From: Candidatus Binatia bacterium
Lineage (GTDB): Bacteria > Desulfobacterota > Binatia > UBA9968 > CAXXLF01
Direction of reading: 5' to 3'
DNA length: 64,000 nucleotides
NCBI GenBank assembly: GCA_963664015.2
Contig: CAXXLF010000001.1
Span: 288,001 to 352,000 of the forward strand
Shown: one piece after another, positions 61,177 through 64,000 of the stretch
Position numbering within the stretch: position 1 is the first letter of the stretch
How the letters are laid out: each line of letters opens with the position of its first letter
Notes under the pieces: model-generated
The model's input: only the letters and a program-made list of their open reading frames with translations
What the model was told of the DNA's origin: nothing
Databases searched by the model: none
Program-made: the position numbers and the translations under genes

Positions 61177-62522
61177 CGATGTTCAGCTGAGTGCCGCTCA
61201 TCGACCAGTCGTAGCAACTTTCGCCCTTTTCTCAAAGAGCCTCTGGGGTGAAATACAAATTCCACGTCTCCCAGTTTTTGCGTGTACGCGTCCCAGGCGA
61301 GCTTGTGCTCTTTTTCAATGGCTTCGAGAATCCGCCTTTGGATCTCCTCTCGACGCGGCGCGTCGCTCCTCAATTCCAAGCGAAATTGAAAGGTTTGTTT
61401 TCGGTCTTTTTCATATAACGCCACCTGCCACTCGTCCGTGAGCCCCGGCACGGAATCAAGAAGCCGATCAAAAAATTCGGGGTGGACGTTGCCCCATACG
61501 GACGCTACGATCTCGTCCAGACGGCCTCGCAACGGCGAGAGTCGTCGGAAAGGCAATCCACAGCAGCACGGCTCATCGATCATACGGGCTACATCCCCGG
61601 TCCGGTAACGAATCAGTGGCATTACGCTCCTGCGTAGCGTAGTAAGGACAATCTCTCCATAGCCTTCGGTGTCGGGGTTAAGTATTTCGACGTAGAAATC
61701 GAACTCATTGAAATGATAACCGGATCGCTGCAGGCACTCAAAACCAAGGCTTGTTGCCGCTTCCGCGGAGGCATAAGTCGTATACAGCGGAGCCTCCCAA
61801 AAGTCCTCGATCCACCTCCGGGTTTTTGGAGATATGCCCCCGCCGCCCCCGCCGATCAGAAGCTTCAATGGATATGGCCGACCCTCCGCCTCAGCCACTT
61901 CAGTAAACCGGGCGAGCCAGGGGATACCGCTCACGACAATATTGAATCGATAATCGGCAAGCCGACGATAGATGTCTTCCGGATCGACCCGACCGACGCA
62001 CATTGCAAATGATTTCCAATAAGGAATGGCGTTGTGTGACAGCAGACCGTCCAGGCAAAAGCCATAATCCGAGGTCGACAGGATTCGATCCTCCGCCGAG
62101 ATCCCGTATAACGCCTTAAGGACAACCCCTTTACGCGCATTGTAATCCATCTCCCGCCGGCTGAGGTAAACCCGTGTTGCATGCCCCTTGGTCCCCGAAC
62201 TCTCAACGGCCAGCTCTGGCGTCCCGCACAGCAGCTCGTCGGGTCTGTGTTTGAGCTCATCGGAGTTGAGATAGAAATCACCCAAATCCGCGGGCCTGCT
62301 GATGTTCCGAACGTTGATACCGTACTTGGAAAACTGCCGGCGATATAGAGTAGACTTAGAACCGGCCAAACGCACCGTACGCCTGAAACCGGAATCTCTC
62401 AGCCGGTTCATAAGCGCCGGGGGAAAAACGCGGAGGCTCCTGAGATTCCAATCAGGACGCCTCGTGCCGATCGCCAAAAACAGTTGCTCTAGGAAGCGAT
62501 ATATGCTGAAGTAATTCTGCAA
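61173..62522 (-). CDS. Phenylacetate-CoA ligase (PaaK/F390/CapK)-like adenylate-forming enzyme
   Basis: ESSGTKG, TYASAE, GEIVLTTL...PLIRYRTGD, GRLDE; start uncertain (TTG 62522 removes the overlap with the divergent gene). Confidence 0.82.
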   Translation of the reverse strand: MQNYFSIYRFLEQLFLAIGTRRPDWNLRSLRVFPPALMNRLRDSGFRRTVRLAGSKSTLYRRQFSKYGINVRNISRPADLGDFYLNSDELKHRPDELLCGTPELAVESSGTKGHATRVYLSRREMDYNARKGVVLKALYGISAEDRILSTSDYGFCLDGLLSHNAIPYWKSFAMCVGRVDPEDIYRRLADYRFNIVVSGIPWLARFTEVAEAEGRPYPLKLLIGGGGGGISPKTRRWIEDFWEAPLYTTYASAEAATSLGFECLQRSGYHFNEFDFYVEILNPDTEGYGEIVLTTLRRSVMPLIRYRTGDVARMIDEPCCCGLPFRRLSPLRGRLDEIVASVWGNVHPEFFDRLLDSVPGLTDEWQVALYEKDRKQTFQFRLELRSDAPRREEIQRRILEAIEKEHKLAWDAYTQKLGDVEFVFHPRGSLRKGRKLLRLVDERHSAEHR

Positions 62523-62589
62523 TTCAGGACCCCAAAACCGTTTGAATATGACTCCAATAATACTCGGATTCCGTCCGTCAGCCCTGCGT

Positions 62590-63954
62590 ATGGTCAGTAG
62601 GCTGGCCGCTCCCCTAATCATGGCCTGCCGGGCCGCCCGGCTCGCCCGCAACCGAGTCAGCAATCCTCGCGCTCTTGCAACCAGAAATTCGGCCCGTTTC
62701 CGGCGACTGGTCCGCCGGTTCCTTACGAAGTCCCCGTACTACGCCAGGATCATGGATGAGCGCGGGATCCACCCGGAAAGCTGCTGTCTGGAAGAGTTTC
62801 CCGTCTTAACGAAAGACCTGCTTCTACGGCACTATGATGATATCGTCACCGATAAGCGAGTTACGCGGGCCGCTATCGAAGCCTTTCTCTCCGAATCCCG
62901 TAATCCCCTTGACTTGTTTGCAGGCGATTTCTACGTGGTGCATACGTCGGGATCAAGCGGTCAGGTCACCCCCATCGTCTGGCATCAAAGGGACTGGCTC
63001 AGGGGACTGGTAAACTTTGCGCGCGTGCTGCCCCCTCGCCTGTATAGCAAAATGGCCTTTGTCGGCGCAACGGACGGCCACTATGCTGGGGTAACCATGA
63101 CGCGAAGCAGCGGGTGGGGCCCCCTTTGGTGGGCCCACCGCGTCAAGGCCTTCGACGTAAGAAAGCCGCGCTCTGACCTGGTCGCGGGGCTCAACGCCTT
63201 CAACCCCTCCGTACTGATCGGTTACGCAAAAGCCTTAAGGGAGCTCAGCGTCGAAAAAACCGCAGGACGTCTGAGGGCAACCCCCGGAAGAATCCTCAGC
63301 GGCGGCGAACCCCTGTTCGCTGACGACCGACAACTGATTGAGTCCGCCTTCGGTGTCCCGGTAATCAACGTCTATGCCGCAAGCGAGCACATGCTCATCG
63401 CCGTGGGACTGCCGGGGCAAAACGGGATGATCGTACAGGAAGACGATTTGATCATCGAAGCCCACTCGGACCATACTCTCATTACCAACCTGCTGAACAC
63501 TACCCTCCCCTTGATCCGTTACAGGATGGACGACGTGCTGCGTTTCAGGAACGATCCGCAATCGGGCTGGCCCGCCTATCGAATTATCGAGGAAATCATC
63601 GGACGGCAAGAATACGCTCCCAGCTTCCTCAACGAGAGCGGGCAACCGGATACCATCCACCCCATCGTTTTTGTGGAGTTTTTCGTGCCCGGCCTGGACG
63701 GGTTTCAGATCGTCGTAAACGCCGATAACTCATTCGCTTTCCTGGCGGTGACCCGACCGGACCGGCCCCACTCCGAAACCGTGGCCGACATCAAGCTGCG
63801 CCTGAATGAGATACTGACAACCAAGCGCATGAGCAACGTCAAATATACAGTCGAGTTGATCGACCGTTTGTCTGTGGATCCGGCGACGGGCAAGTTTCAG
63901 CTCATCAGACACGCCTCGGTGATAAATGAAGCGTTAGGTCCGGAGACTCGTTAA
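62590..63954 (+). CDS. PaaK/F390/CapK-like adenylate-forming enzyme, divergent paralog
   Basis: FPVLTK, HTSGSSG, SGGEPL, NVYAASE, PLIRYRMDD, IGRQ, TGKF; start uncertain (ATG 62590). Confidence 0.82.
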   Translation: MVSRLAAPLIMACRAARLARNRVSNPRALATRNSARFRRLVRRFLTKSPYYARIMDERGIHPESCCLEEFPVLTKDLLLRHYDDIVTDKRVTRAAIEAFLSESRNPLDLFAGDFYVVHTSGSSGQVTPIVWHQRDWLRGLVNFARVLPPRLYSKMAFVGATDGHYAGVTMTRSSGWGPLWWAHRVKAFDVRKPRSDLVAGLNAFNPSVLIGYAKALRELSVEKTAGRLRATPGRILSGGEPLFADDRQLIESAFGVPVINVYAASEHMLIAVGLPGQNGMIVQEDDLIIEAHSDHTLITNLLNTTLPLIRYRMDDVLRFRNDPQSGWPAYRIIEEIIGRQEYAPSFLNESGQPDTIHPIVFVEFFVPGLDGFQIVVNADNSFAFLAVTRPDRPHSETVADIKLRLNEILTTKRMSNVKYTVELIDRLSVDPATGKFQLIRHASVINEALGPETR

Positions 63955-64000
63955 GAGGCTTCCTCCAATGGCGGCCGGTTCGAGTAGAGCTTGCGCAACC

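Overview
Bacterial chromosomal window. Gene content suggests a deltaproteobacteria-like lineage such as Ca. Binatia; this is inference only. From left to right it holds: (1) a decayed tyrosine integrase at the 3' end of tRNA-Arg(ACG), accessory genes and pseudogenes, and tRNA-Ser(GCT); (2) the glnS/gltX/tRNA-Gln/tRNA-Glu core locus; (3) a ~30 kb aromatic/heterocycle catabolic region with five intact Rieske oxygenase alpha subunits plus one fragment, two LigB-type dioxygenases, four OphC-like binding-protein-fold proteins, two ThDP enzymes, an ALDH and an MFS, with no cognate reductase; (4) housekeeping-type genes (extended YfhL ferredoxin, manC-like, VIT1, trmI); (5) a candidate biosynthetic cluster built around a single-module KS-AT-DH-cMT-ER-KR-ACP-TE PKS with AcpS, a class III aminotransferase, a HAD phosphatase and two divergent PaaK-like ligases. 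About twelve pseudogenes or fragments are present. Several intergenic spacers carry ordered 9-mer/7-mer repeat arrays and small palindromic elements that are nested inside one another, seen here in empty, singly filled and triply filled states. No CRISPR array or rRNA was seen.
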